A program made the translations under genes and the position numbers. 64,000 bases of DNA from Octopus vulgaris (lineage: Eukaryota). Location: assembly GCA_951406725.2 (NCBI GenBank), contig OX597816.1, forward strand, positions 12,586,001 to 12,650,000, read 5' to 3'. The notes under the pieces were generated by a model that had not been told where the DNA came from, did no database searches, and was given only the letters and a program-made list of their open reading frames with translations. Positions 1 through 12,913 of the stretch are shown here, one piece after another; within the stretch, counting starts at the first letter, position 1, and the number at the start of each line of letters is the position of its first letter.

Positions 1-45
1 CTAATGACTAGAACAAGTAAAAATAAAAGATTATATATATATATA

Positions 46-260
46 GTTAATCCAAACATGAAAGCACAGAGAGAAAACACAACAACGCGAGGACGTGGAA
101 CAAGTATATTGTTATTGGACGCTCAGGAAAGAAGGAAAGAATGAGGGTTTAACATTTCGAGCGGAGCTCTTCGTCAGAAACATAGGAAAAGGAAAGATCC
201 AAAGAAGGGAAGACGGACAAAAAAAATCGCCAACGTTACACACGCGGTCACATTTTGAAT

Positions 261-261
<1 letters not shown>
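46..261 (-). mobile_element. Short (TA)n-flanked non-coding element with hammerhead motif (Penelope pLTR-like/retrozyme-like)
   Basis: Bounded by (TA)n at 32-45 and 262-306; minus strand carries gttt-CTGACGA-a-GAGC-tcc-GCTC-GAAA-tGTT-aaac. Confidence 0.65.
147..181 (-). ncRNA. Minimal type I hammerhead ribozyme motif
   Basis: Core CUGACGA (177-171), 4-bp stem II GAGC/GCTC, GAAA, GUU triplet, stem I gttt/aaac; stem III atgt is probably a CpG-decayed acgt palindrome. Confidence 0.7.
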
Positions 262-309
<48 letters not shown>

Positions 310-488
310 AGAAAGAGAGAGAGAGAGAGACAAAAAGATAGACAGACAGAGACAGAGAAAAAGCGGAGAAAATAAGATAGATTGATAGATAGATATATAG
401 ACAGATAGATAGAGAGACAGATATATTGATAAATAGAGAGATAGATAGATAGATAACTAGATAGATAGACAGACAGACAGACAGACGT

Positions 489-558
<70 letters not shown>
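262..558. repeat. (TA)n, (GA)n, (GACA)n and (GATA)n microsatellite run
   Basis: Directly visible tandem repeats. Confidence 0.95.
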
Positions 559-559
<1 letters not shown>

Positions 560-1323
560 CGACAGGTTTCTTTCAATTTTCGTCTACCAAATTCAGAAGC
601 TCAAGACACTTACTCAAAGTGCTAAGCTGAGGGACTGAACCTGGAACTATGTGTATGGCAGACAGGCTTTTTACCACGCAGCTACGTCGGCGCCTATTTT
701 GGTCACTCACATGCCAAGGAATAGAAACGGTCGGCACACTTAAAGGGCAACATAGGTTGCTGGGTATTTTAATTGGTTGCCAGCTGTATTGCATTACAAA
801 CACGTAATTTACGATATTCCGGCTTTTGATACAGGTTGGATATATTTTAGTAATGCTTATAATCCAAACGAAAGAAAAATCACAATAGACTTCAAAAAGC
901 ATAATCTAAACAACGCTCTACTCAAAACACTTAGACAATCAGAAAGATAAAGTTCTTAGCTTAAGCTGTCTTCCAGAATATTCCTGTGTTTGAAAGCAAT
1001 AGCGGATGAACATAAAATAATATATGGAACTGAATATTCACAGACGAGTTTGAACAAGAACGAAGAAACGTGTATAGCGTTTCCATTTATTCTTTAGCGT
1101 CCAAGTATAAACTGATCTTATCTGCTTATCTACAAGGTTAGCTATGGCTGTGTAGTAATAGTACATCCTTAGTACATACATACTGCATCGATCTCGAAGC
1201 AAACAAGGGCAAGGTTAATCCTTGCAGTATTTGAAAGGGGGAAAAAAGAAAATCTATAAATACACTAAGACCTTATATGACTGGCACTCTCATATATTCT
1301 ATTGTTCCGTCACACTACTACTA

Positions 1324-1355
<32 letters not shown>

Positions 1356-1378
1356 ACTGCTGCTGCTGTTGCTTCAGA

Positions 1379-1954
1379 TCTTTTCTACTCTAGGCAGAAG
1401 GCCCGACATTTTTGGAGTGGGAACCGATCGATTAGATCGATCCTAGTATGCAAATGGTACTTAATTTATCGACTACGAAAAGATGAAAGGCAAAGTCGAC
1501 CTCGGTTAAGCATTTCGCCCGGCATGCTAACGTTTTTTATTTCTTTACTACCCACAAGGGGCTACACACAGAAGGGAAAAACAAGGCTAGACAAATGGAT
1601 TAAGTCGATTATGTCGATCCCAGTGCGTAACTGGTACTTATTTAATTGACTCCGAAAGGATGAAAAGCAAAGTCGACTTCGGCGGAATTCGAACTCAGAA
1701 CGTAGCGGAAGACGAAATACCTATTTCTTTACTGCCCACAAGGGGCTACACACAGAGGGGACAAACAAGGACAGACAAACGGATTAAGTCGATTATATCG
1801 AGTCCAGTGCGTAACTGGTACCTATTTAATAGACCCCTAAAGGATGAAAGGCAAAGTCGACCTCGGCGGAATTTGAACTCAGAACGTAACGGTAGACGAA
1901 ATACGGCTACGCATTTTGCCCGGCGTGCTAACGTTTCTGCCAGTTCGCCGCCTT
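1379..1954 (-). mobile_element. Cluster/multimer of SINE family A (tRNA-like head, gcctttcatcctttcggggtcgataaattaagtaccag core; MetaSINE/MESC-like)
   Basis: Matches many other copies in the window (3648, 26641, 37619, 39924). Core-domain name is from memory and tentative. Confidence 0.85.
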
Positions 1955-2451
1955 ATGGCTTCTGATCTTAACTGATTGGAAGTGTTATCATGTACATTGT
2001 TTTGCTTGGTATAAAAGATGGGCTACAGCAAATATTCTGCTCAATACCACAGATTTGCTTCTCAGTTGCTGAGCATGCCCCTTGGTGACTGACGATATGT
2101 ACGTCTCTGATCACGAGCAGAAGTAGTGAGGGATCATCATAACCATGTGTTGATAGGAATTCTTTAGGGTTTGAATAATTTACCTCTGGAAACATGGGTA
2201 TTTCATTCAACATCATTCAACAACGCTTATTCAGGGACCTTTTGAGCACAATGGACTAGTCAACCTGAAGAAAATTCTAACTGGGTTCCACCTGCAAGGT
2301 CATGTGTTGTTTATTTTGATATGAGATCACCATGTCGCACATATATGGTTGTGATGTACCCTTGTCGGACGAGTAGTCATGATAGGTATACTGGGCTTTG
2401 TATATTTGTAACCTCAGTGTCACTTTGACGGCATGGGCTGCTCTCTTACTG
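1955..2451 (+). mobile_element. Family D: ~540-bp non-coding retroposon ending in (AAT)n, 5'-truncated copy
   Basis: High similarity to copies at 7458, 14262, 24265 and 27915; ends ctctcttactg-(AAT)n. Confidence 0.85.
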
Positions 2452-2506
2452 AATAATAATGATAATAATAACAACAACAACAACAACAAAAATAATAATA
2501 ATAATA

Positions 2507-2760
2507 GTAAAGCGTGTGCCTATAATAACTGGTACATTGGGAGCTGTAAAGAAAGATATGGGCAAATGGTCGAAGGAGACTGGAATAGAATGTCCTGTAA
2601 AGCTTCTACAAGTTTACCCCTTAAGGACAAGAGAGATTATATGGAGGGTTCTAAGCATTTGAAAGATTATTGAAAGCTTGTGAGTGCATAAGGTTACATG
2701 TAGCAGACTGCTACCTACATAAATCCTACCAGCAAGAAGACGACACCTGAGTCAAATCGA
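2507..2760 (+). mobile_element. 3' end of Dong/R4-like RLE non-LTR retrotransposon
   Basis: Translation VPIITGTLGAVKKDMGKW..IECPVKLLQ..IIWRVL resembles the RLE C-terminus (VPIVVGALG...LLGTARI); (AAT)n on both sides. Confidence 0.7.
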
Positions 2761-2788
2761 TAATAATAATGATAATAATAATCATAAT

Positions 2789-2995
2789 CTCCTTTAGTAT
2801 AGATGCAAGGACTGAAATTTTGGATATGGGAATAGTCGATTATATTAACTCCAGAGCTCGACTAGTAATTATTTCATCGGCCCCGAAAGGATGAAAGGAA
2901 ACTCGATCTCGGTGGGATTCGAACCTAGAAATTAAAACCTGGAAGAAATGCTACAAAGCATTTTCTCCGATGCGGTAACGATGCGACCAGCCCCG
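2789..2995 (-). mobile_element. Degenerate SINE family A
   Basis: ccccgaaaggatgaaagg core and diverged head. Confidence 0.7.
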
Positions 2996-3647
2996 CGGTC
3001 TTACTACTACTAGTACTACTAAGAAGAAGAAGAAAAAGAAGAATATGGAATAGTCGGAAGGGTCGTAGTAGTAGTAGTAAAAGAAGAAAGAGAAGAAGGA
3101 AAGAGGGAGAAAAGGAAGAAGAAGGAGATGAAGAAGGAGGAGGAGGAGATAGAAGTAGAAGAAAAAGAAGAGGAGGAGAGGAGAAGGAGGAATCGTAATA
3201 ATTATAAATTCTAGTCTCATAGCTGCACCAACTCAATCAACAGAAGGTGATGTCGAATAACGAAATAAATTTTAGAGTCTAATTTAATAAAGAATTTCCA
3301 TTAAAGATGTTTGTGTTATGATGGGACGAAAATCTGTTTGAAGCAGGCTCCACCAGTGTCTAACCCATTGGAGAAAGCTCATTAGCACAAACAGAAACAA
3401 ATGACTACTTGCTTCACAGTTTCAAGTCGAACACTTTGCGTGGATATGAATGCGTAATACTGAAGAGAAAAGTAACAAAACAAAAACTGCAGTTTCCAGC
3501 GGTCGGATATCTACCATTGACAAGGCCAAAAGAAGCCATAATCACATTATTTGATTGTCCTTGCAGCTGAAGTAGCGGTGATTGTCTGCCGCTTTTATGC
3601 AGAAAATAAAACCTATTGGTGAATATCACAGTATATTTGTGTGTTCT

Positions 3648-3880
3648 AAGGCGGCGAGCTGGCAGAAACGTTAGCACGCCGGGCGAAATGCTTAGCGGTA
3701 TTTCGTCTGCCGTTACGTTCTGAGTTCAAATTCCGCCGGGGTCGACTTTGCCTTTCATCCTTTCGGGTCGATAAATTAAGTACCAGTTACGCAATGGGGT
3801 CGATGTAATCGACTTAATCCGTTTGTCTGTCCTTGTTTGTCCCCTCTATGTTTAGTCCCTTGTGAGCAATAAAGAAATAG
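3648..3880 (+). mobile_element. SINE family A, full-length monomer
   Basis: aaggcggcgagctggcag start, B-box-like gagttcaaattcc, core, aaagaaatag end. Confidence 0.9.
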
Positions 3881-4404
3881 GAAACTGAAGGAAACACATA
3901 TACATAACCATTATGATTACAAAGAATAAGTCCTAGGATCGATTGCTACGATTAAAAATCTCCTTTAAGGCATTGCTCCAGCGTGGCCGCAGTGAAATCA
4001 CTGAAGCAAGTAAAGGAATAAAAGAATGCATTCACATAACGTTTGTCACAATTAATATTTCTTGGTTGAAGAAAATGCGTTGCTGATGATTTAATGTTTT
4101 TTTTTTGTTTGTTTTTTTTTGGTGGGGTTGTAATATTTTAAATTACGCCATTGAATTCGAGGAACAAATCCCGCTGGACTTGGCTTGCCGTATCGTGAAT
4201 ATTTCTGGGGGAATGGAAAGATATAAAGAAATATCAGTAACATGCTGGTGTCGATAAATAATTGTTCTTCCATTTTCCAGAAATAGCTGGTCACATTTGC
4301 AGTGTCTTCATCATCATCTTCGTCTCCTACAGGCAGAAATCCCTCTCATGAGAGAATATATGAATATGGAAGAGGACTAGGAAGTAGTAGTAGTGGTAGT
4401 AGTT

Positions 4405-4660
4405 TTATTTATGCACCCTTTTCAAGCCTAGCCGGTTTCCCGGTTTCTATGACGTATGTGTTGTCCCCAGCTGGACGGGACGCCAGTCCATCGCAGTGTT
4501 ACTCAAGAAACAGGAAAAAAGAGTGAGAGAAAGTTGGGGCCTCGTGGAGCTTTAGATGTTTTCGCTCAATAAATGTACACAACGCCCGGCCTGGGAATCG
4601 AAACCGCGATCCTCCGACCTCGAGTCGGCTACCCTAACCACTGAGCCATTACGCCTCCAC
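4405..4660 (-). mobile_element. SINE family C (tRNA-Arg-like head), internally deleted
   Basis: Minus strand gtggaggcgtaatggctcagtggttagg A box and gtttcgattccc B box; shares body with 4861 and 50345. Confidence 0.8.
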
Positions 4661-4860
4661 AGTTGGAGTAGATGTGTTAAAAGTAATAAGAGTCATAACA
4701 GCTATAGTATTAGCTGTACCAGTGGTAGTAATAATAGTTGTAGGAGACAACGAGATGACGGCGATTATGATGGTGAAGACACTGAAAAAGTGACCAGCAA
4801 TTGCTGTCTTTTCAGACCCACCCACCACCATCGCCACCGTACAATGTTACACTAATCTAT

Positions 4861-5160
4861 GTGGGAGCACATGGCCTAGTGGTTAGAGCAGCGGACTCAC
4901 TGTCGAGGGATCGCGGGTTCGAATTTCAGACCGGGCGATGTGTGTGTTTATGAGCGAAATACCTAAACTCCACGCGGCTCCGGCAAAAGGTAATGGCGAA
5001 CCTCTGCTGACTCTTTCGCCACAACTTTCTCTCACTCTTTCTTCCTGCATCTTGCGATTTACCTGCGACGGACCGGCATCCCGTCCAGATGGGGAACCTA
5101 TACACCGGGAAACCGGCCCTTATGAGCCAGCCGTGGCTCGAGAAGGAACAAACAACAAAA
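4861..5160 (+). mobile_element. SINE family C (tRNA-Arg-like head; resembles octopus OR-type SINEs)
   Basis: A box tggcctagtgg, B box gggttcgaattt, (aac)n tail, TSD ctaatctat on both sides. Confidence 0.85.
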
Positions 5161-6825
5161 CTCTAATCTATATTGAAAGGCATTTTATCCTTATTTTTAA
5201 CCATCTTTTGGCATATCTTCAACTGTATTTTCGTATGTCCTTCTTTTTTCATAAAGAGCAACGTGTGATCTGAGAAATTTTAGCTGATTTTCTAGCACGT
5301 TAAACAACCATTTATATTTTCCCACATTTTATCTAAAGAAGATAATTTAATAGTTAAAAGGCATGAGTAGACGAGTGATATAACTTACTGAAATGTAAAG
5401 AATGTAAACTGCTTGTTGAAGTTATGCTGCATAGAAATGGCAGGAATAATTTGTCTCCTGTCAGGAGCAAGAAGCGCAGACGGTGGAAGAGTTTACTTTG
5501 GTATGACAGTTTACCATAGATAATGTTATTTTTTTTCATCTTTTGTGTCTCTATTAGGAATAAATAAGATAGAATTCTAAGATTGTGTTTATTATTATTA
5601 TTTCTTTTTTGATAGTTTTATCAATATTTTCTAATATCATTAGACCACTGTCATGCAAGAAGAGAAAAAAAAAAATTTTTTTTCTGAAATGTAGACTTCA
5701 TTTCACTGATAACAACGCCTGTCTTCTTTTGTAAAGTGATATTTTGATAAAAGACTGAAGCCATGATACATAATTTATTTAAATATAATCAATTATGTGA
5801 CCTTAAAATCTTTATGTTTATAACCTGTTATTTATTTTCCTGTGACTTTTAACATTTTCTTTTCTAAATAGTCTCTGCATCCCTGTTGCTTATGTGATAA
5901 CATTTATGATATATAATATACTTTCGTCGATGTGTCATTCTCTCTGTGTTTTAAACATTTTATTATTCAATCTATTATAGCATATTTTTGTTTTTGTTTT
6001 TGAACAATGGAAAAAAAAAACTGACACTACAGTCATTAGCTTCCATCCATTAACCTTCATCTCACAACGAATTCAAGCTCTGACATGAACATATCATCTC
6101 TGTCTTTGCTAAATATTTTCTTTTCTTTCATGTATAATTTTTTCTTGTGATAATTGTGAGCTAAAAATAAGGTTCTTTGAGAGCTGATTCGACCACCACC
6201 GTCACGACCAAATCAACATTTTTTTGCCAACGCCAATACGATAGTCAGAACCATGTACAGATAATAATCCAGTCTATTTGTTGACTTCGGCTAAACTTAA
6301 ACTTTAATTCTCCAGCTGTCATATCGCCACAACTTATTCCATTGCTGCTTTATAGAGATGGAAATTTATGAAAATAGCTCCAAGATTCAACTGTCTGTAA
6401 ATTTTTTTTCTCTCTCATACTGGCTTGAATATCTCGTCCGATGTAATCACTTAGTCACACAGAAATTCATAATTCTAGATTGTAATTGAGGAAAGAAAAA
6501 AAAAAAAGAATATCTCTGAATATCTTAAGATTGCTATCAGTTTTTGTTACAAAAATACGACAAAACTTGCGCAATGATTTAAAATGGCTGCCAAGTAATA
6601 AAAGAGAACAACTGGGAATATCAAGCGAAATACGGGAATACTAAGTGAATAGTTGTCTGTTCATTTCCTTCTAGATGTGTGATTTCGTGTCCCTGACAAA
6701 AACAGAAGATTAACGTATCTAGTTGTATGATGGTAGCTTGGAATGATACAAGGTAATTCTGACTCAGAAACAACAAAAACAATGTAAATCAATGCATATT
6801 TCAGTATTACCTGATATTGTGTTTT

Positions 6826-7010
6826 ATAGTGCTATATTTAAGAGATGACAAATTATGTACATTATTTACATTATTTATATTTGACGGATATCTGTCCTCA
6901 TCTTGTTTGTTGTTAACACAACGTTTCGGCTGATATACACTTCCAAGCTTCATCAGTAGTCTTGGGGGAAATTTCGAACCTGGGTTCTCATTCCTAAGGT
7001 ATTTTTCTAT
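6826..7010 (-). mobile_element. Hammerhead-bearing tail of the tRNA-HHR element (degenerate)
   Basis: Homologous to 27721-27870 and 38475-38610; CTGATGA at 6956-6950 and cagcc-GAAA-cgtt-gtgtt, stems I and II damaged. Confidence 0.8.
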
Positions 7011-7268
<258 letters not shown>

Positions 7269-7430
7269 GAGTGAGAGAGCAGTGCATGCCATCTAAGTGA
7301 CACTGAGGTAAAATATACGAAGCCCAATATACCCATCATGTCTACCCGTCTGATAAGGGTACTCTAGTTACATGCATCGCAACCATAGGTGCGCGGCATG
7401 GTGATCTCATATCAAGATAAACAGCACATA
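7269..7430 (-). mobile_element. Family D 3' fragment
   Basis: Reverse complement of the family D 3' end, abutting (TTA)n. Confidence 0.8.
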
Positions 7431-7457
7431 ATGATAATGATAATAACAATAAAAATC

Positions 7458-7995
7458 ATGCCCTGATGCCGAACCAGACAGTGGCTCTCATGGCTTCTGA
7501 TCTTAACTGATTGGAAGTGTTATCATGTACATTGTTTTGTCTTGGTATAAAAGATGGGCTACAGAAAATATTCTGCTCAATACCACAGATTTGCTTGTCA
7601 GTTGTTTGACCTTAACCAGTTGAGCATGTCCCTTAGTGACTGACGATATGTGCATCTCTGATCACGAGCATAAGTAGTGGGGGAGCATCATAGTCCTGTG
7701 TTGAGAGGGATTCTTTGGGGTTTGAATAATTCACCTCTGGAAACATGGGTGGTTCTTTCAACATCCTTAAACAACCCTTATTCAGGGAGCCTTTGAGGTG
7801 GATGGGTTACTCGACCTAAAGAAAATTCTAACTGGGACCCCACCTGCAAGGTCATGTGCTGTTTATCTTGATATGAGATCACCATGTCGCACACGTGCTT
7901 GTGATGCATGTGTCTAGTATACTCTAATCAGAGGGTACTGGGCTTCGTATATTTACCCCAGTGTCACTTTGATGGCATGTACTGCTCTCTCACTC
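7458..7995 (+). mobile_element. Family D, near full length
   Basis: atgccctgatgc ... ctctctcactc-aataat; AAT-rich flanks on both sides. Confidence 0.85.
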
Positions 7996-8014
7996 AATAA
8001 TATACATGTATACA

Positions 8015-8054
<40 letters not shown>

Positions 8055-8181
8055 TTCTCACACACACGCACACGAGCATACAGATGAGCACACACACATG
8101 AAAGTAGGTAATGAAAGTAGCTTTACACACACACACACATTTATATACATATATATATACACATGTATATATATATATATG

Positions 8182-8233
<52 letters not shown>

Positions 8234-8237
<4 letters not shown>

Positions 8238-8448
8238 ACTACCCACAAGGGGCTAAACACAGAGGGGACAAACAAGGACAGACAAACGGATTAAGTCGAT
8301 TATATCGACCCCAGTGCGTAACTGGTACTTTATTTATCGACCCCGAAAGGATGAAAGGCAAAGACGACCTCAGCGGAATTTGAACTCAGAACGTAACGGC
8401 AGACGAAATACGGCTACGCATTTCGCCCGGCGTGCTAACGATTCTGCC
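8234..8448 (-). mobile_element. SINE family A within (TA)n/(TG)n
   Basis: Reverse complement of family A. Confidence 0.85.
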
Positions 8449-9799
8449 ATGTATATGTATGTATGTGTGTGTGTGTGTGTGCATGTGTGTGCGTGTGCAT
8501 GTGTGTGTGTGTGTATGTGTGTGTGTGTGTGTGTGTATGTGTGTGTGTGTGTGTAAAGCTACTTTCATTAGTAAGACAGACAGCTTGAATAAAGGTAATC
8601 TTCTGTTCTTAAGTTATTATTAGCTGCTAAGATTTTTTGAGCTTATAATTTCTACATTTTTAACAATGTCATTGTTCTTTGTCAGCAATGTCATTATATT
8701 TATGATTATATTTATGATAGACCTTGTGTCTATAGTAGAAAGGATTATATTTATGATTGTTTAGACTTAAATTGAATATATAAAAGTGTTCCATGAAAAG
8801 TTAATATTTCAATACTAATTTTTTTTATAGAAATAACTGAAGCTAATGATTAAGTTATTTATAAATAACTTAAATATTATCAGCCAACAAAGCTGTTATA
8901 ACAAAGGATGAATAACAGAAAGTCAGTTTTTTTGTAATCATTGATATACCTTGTTCCATAATTTATCAGAGCTTTATCGATTACGAATGAAACAGAAATT
9001 ACATAAATAAAACATGATCCTTACAGTGAAATAAAGTTGCTTAGTGATGAAATATGATGAGGTTATTATTGTTAGAATACTGTTACACATATTGGAATTT
9101 ACTTAATCTACATAACTAATATAATGTTTGGTGAAATAAACTTTCTGGGTGTTCTTAGATAAAGTGTTTTAAGATATAGTTAGGAAATTCATCTTTCGTT
9201 TATGAGAAATGATGTAATGAGAAAATGGCTTGCATCTTATCAGTTACAGCCTATGTACATATGCTATAATTAATTTTATATCATATAAAATATTCCAGGC
9301 TATTATAGATGGAGTAATATCAAGTTTATCTTCAGTCAAGGACATGGTTTATTAAGTTTCCTTCCACTAATGAAAGAGAATGTGAAAGAAAATAATACTG
9401 ATAACACAATAAAGTATATGGAAACTGACAGAGCAAAACAGAGAGAGAGAGAGAAATATGCAATATCATAGAATTTGATACACCATATATTTTCAAGTTG
9501 ACGTAAAACATGAGCAAAATGTTCGTACACTCCCGCTTCTCAGATATACAACAAAGTTTTCTATAAGAACACACTTAAGGTTATCTATAAATTCATAAAC
9601 AACACACGGTCAAATTTCTCAATTACAATAAAGTAGTAAAAATCTACAATGAAACAACCTGCAGAAGAATACAATAGAATCATGGATAACTACAAACTTA
9701 CCCCTTAGGTATTGAGGCCTTATATAAGCATCTAACGTATAGAATATTTTCTGGACAAACAGAAGTTTATTCAAGCACCCATTCACACAACATGTATGT

Positions 9800-10061
9800 T
9801 CATTTTCAGAATACACCACCAATAGTTGTTGTTGACAAACAACGACAGTAATTTTATTCAGCTGAATACACGTCATTGATTGGTTGAAATTACCGAAATA
9901 GGACTACTTTAACCTGAAATAACTTCGTAAATATAAGTTGTTCTCAAAAATACTAACAGTAAAACATGTTTTATATGACACATTCTATCAGTGTCTGAAG
10001 TTTGAAAGTGTTTAGTTACAAAAAATAATTTTAAAATATGTAGGCCAGAAGGTAAAGATCC
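9800..10061 (+). mobile_element. Old relative of the GGATC-TIR MITE family (right half)
   Basis: gttgttgttgacaaacaac...cgtcattgattggttgaaatt...cacattcta...aaagatcc shared with 48501-49012; left end not found. Confidence 0.55.
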
Positions 10062-12208
10062 GAATATTTAACTAAAAGGAAGAGAAATGTCAAAAATGTT
10101 ACAGGTACTTTTTTCCAGAAAGTTCCAAAACTTATTATTCTGCATCTGCAACTCCATCCACCCTTAGTGTTACATTTATTAATAAATTCCTTGTGATTTA
10201 TTGCTAAATTCCATTTGCTATGCGAACATTTCATATGAACGAAAGATAATATCAGAACTATCTAACTTTGTGTTTAAGTCCATTTACCAAAGTAATTCCG
10301 CGAATTATCTTATCGATTATGTATACTGTAAGCAAATCTCAGCTTATTTAATTCTATTTTAACCTTACTAGCATCACAATACATCGTCGCAAAAAATTCT
10401 AATTTTCACTCTAAGAAGCATGATTTATTAATGGAATTCCTAGTTTTGCAATCAGAATTAGTCTGGTAAATAATGGAACAATATCTAGCAAATGTTGTGA
10501 TGATTACTATAGCATAACTAAGTCTGTCACTTGAATTATTTTCACTACAGTACATATCTATTAACTTTTCCACCATGGTGTAATGCTAGTATTGGTTAAC
10601 GTAGAGGTTATGTCTTTAAAACATTTGAACCGTTATTATTTCGTAGAAAAGATTAATTTCTTTAATTCAGGGCCAAAAAGTCGTATTAAACCTAAAGATA
10701 GAATGTTTTAAAAAGTAGAAATTACGAGATCAGAAACACATAGCTACTAATGAAAGACTAAAATGTCTATTAGGTTCAGACGTTTGTAAATTGAGGCTAA
10801 TACGCGACAGAAGAAAATTGCGTTCCCTCAAACTAATGATAATAGGAAATGAAATCTGTTATAAGTGTAGATTAATCTTAAGAACTTCTGATAAAATTAA
10901 CAAGTACGTTATTCCGGAGAAAAATGACTATATTGCTAAAATTAAAGCTATTAGTAAATATATTTCTTTCTTTAAAAGGAAATATAACAGACAACATGTT
11001 ATATCAAAATTACTAACAACAATATTATTTGAATTACTCGTGCCGTAATAAAATACCGAAGACAAATACAGAAATACCAGAACATAGTAACTTTTTTTTC
11101 TACATCTTGTATTCAGTGGTTCTTACTATAAATTCAAATAAACAACCGAAAAAAAATGGAGCGAACGAATATTAAATCATCTTTGCCTCTCGATTCACAA
11201 ATACTTCACGCAGTTCTAAAATGTTTTCATTATATCTACAGTGAGTTTTTTTTTTAAACGCAAGAAACAAGAAGGGAATTTTGATGTGAAAATTTGGGAT
11301 GTTTGGAATTTGAAAAAAGGGTTATCGGGCCTTTTAAATTGAATTTTGTACTTCTTAGTTCTTAAAATATCAAAATATTAATTGCTAAAGCTCCTACACA
11401 TCAAAATAGTGAATTTGGTCGACAGTTGTATTTTAAGGGTAAATTTTAAAAAATGTTGCTTTAGATGTATGTATTGGCATGTATTGCAAGAAACAGGTAG
11501 GTTTCTTTCTTCGACGTTTTAATTAGTTCAACCTACACAGGTTAACAGGTGAAAAGCAAATTAGGTATTTTGAAAGAAGTTTCTATAAAACTAGTTTTTA
11601 AACATCGATTGGCGACGGACTACAACAGAATAAAAAAAGTAATCAAAGGAGCCCATAGACAAAAACAAAATACGTGAGAACCCCTGCTGTAGATTAAATT
11701 GTTCGATGTTGTTTCACTTTAAGGATGTGAAAAGTGAATTTTATGCAGACTTTACGGTAGAAAATCAACTATGAATAATCAGGGCTGCTGAGGCGCATTG
11801 ATTACTGTCGCAATTGCACTTCACACCTCCTATATCTCCATTTGTCTCATCTTAATTGGCCACTGGTCCAGAATAAATTCAGGGAGAAAATAGTGAGTGT
11901 ACATTGTAGATTCAGCGCAAATCAAGACTGGAATTACGTTTTGTTCACAAACTGAAGGAGGACATTTCGTTGCAGTCTTACAGGTATCTACCACGATTCA
12001 GAGATTGAATGCAAGATAGAGTAATCGAAATTCCCCGATCACCTGTGCAGCAGTTTCAGAAATGTCTTCTATTTCTAATGTATGGAGCCTTCAACGAATT
12101 TGAAAATTAAAACACAAGTTATTCATTTATACATGAGTGCGTATTTTTAATGTATGTATTTAAGTAAATATATGTATATGTATATATATATGTATGTATA
12201 CATATATG

Positions 12209-12246
<38 letters not shown>

Positions 12247-12254
12247 TACACACA

Positions 12255-12298
<44 letters not shown>

Positions 12299-12304
12299 CA
12301 CGTT

Positions 12305-12913
12305 ATACATTTCGGAGTATTGTGTTGTTCTTGTTAGATTAGGCTAGAATGGCCTATCGGTAACAACACATTTATATATATACATATATACATATACATA
12401 TACACGTTTATTTTTTAATAACTCATCCACTGACAACGCCTTTATTTGTCCTTAAACACAATTTTATAATTTGAAGTAAAATGAAATAAGTGAAAGATAT
12501 TGAATTATAATAGAAACCTTATGAAGTATTTCATGTTATGTATATCTGAGAAACAGAGGAAACGAAATTAAATTATGCTGTTCCTTATTATTGCGATTAT
12601 AAACGAAATGATTAAGTAGAATACTTTTGTTGGAAATTTAAAAGAAAATAAAGATAATGCGAAGTGTATAAACATCTGAGCAATGCAGTTGATGACTTAG
12701 GTAAAATATGTAAGGTGATATCAATAAATGAAAATAGAGAAAATATGTTATATCGTCTGAGATAGGATGTTCAGTTATCCTATGATATTTCGGGAACGAT
12801 ATATCTTTTCAAATAGAGGTAAGATAATAATCTATGAGTTAGGAGAAATGTGTTGTTATCGATAGGCCATTCTAGTGTAATCTAACAGTAACAAAACAAT
12901 ACTCCGAAATATA
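12305..12913. repeat. ~65-bp imperfect inverted repeat (12305-12373 / 12846-12913)
   Basis: atttcggagtattg...ctagaatggcctatcggtaacaacacattt versus aaatgtgttgttatcgataggccattctag...caatactccgaaat. Confidence 0.8.

Noticed and set aside
1660-1965. Recurrent peptides such as MKGKVDLGGI and RQSRPRRNLNSER
   Set aside because: Antisense translations of SINE family A.
8560-12110. Long stretch with few repeats, checked for host exons
   Set aside because: AT-rich with no convincing ORF or splice pattern; small exons cannot be excluded by eye.
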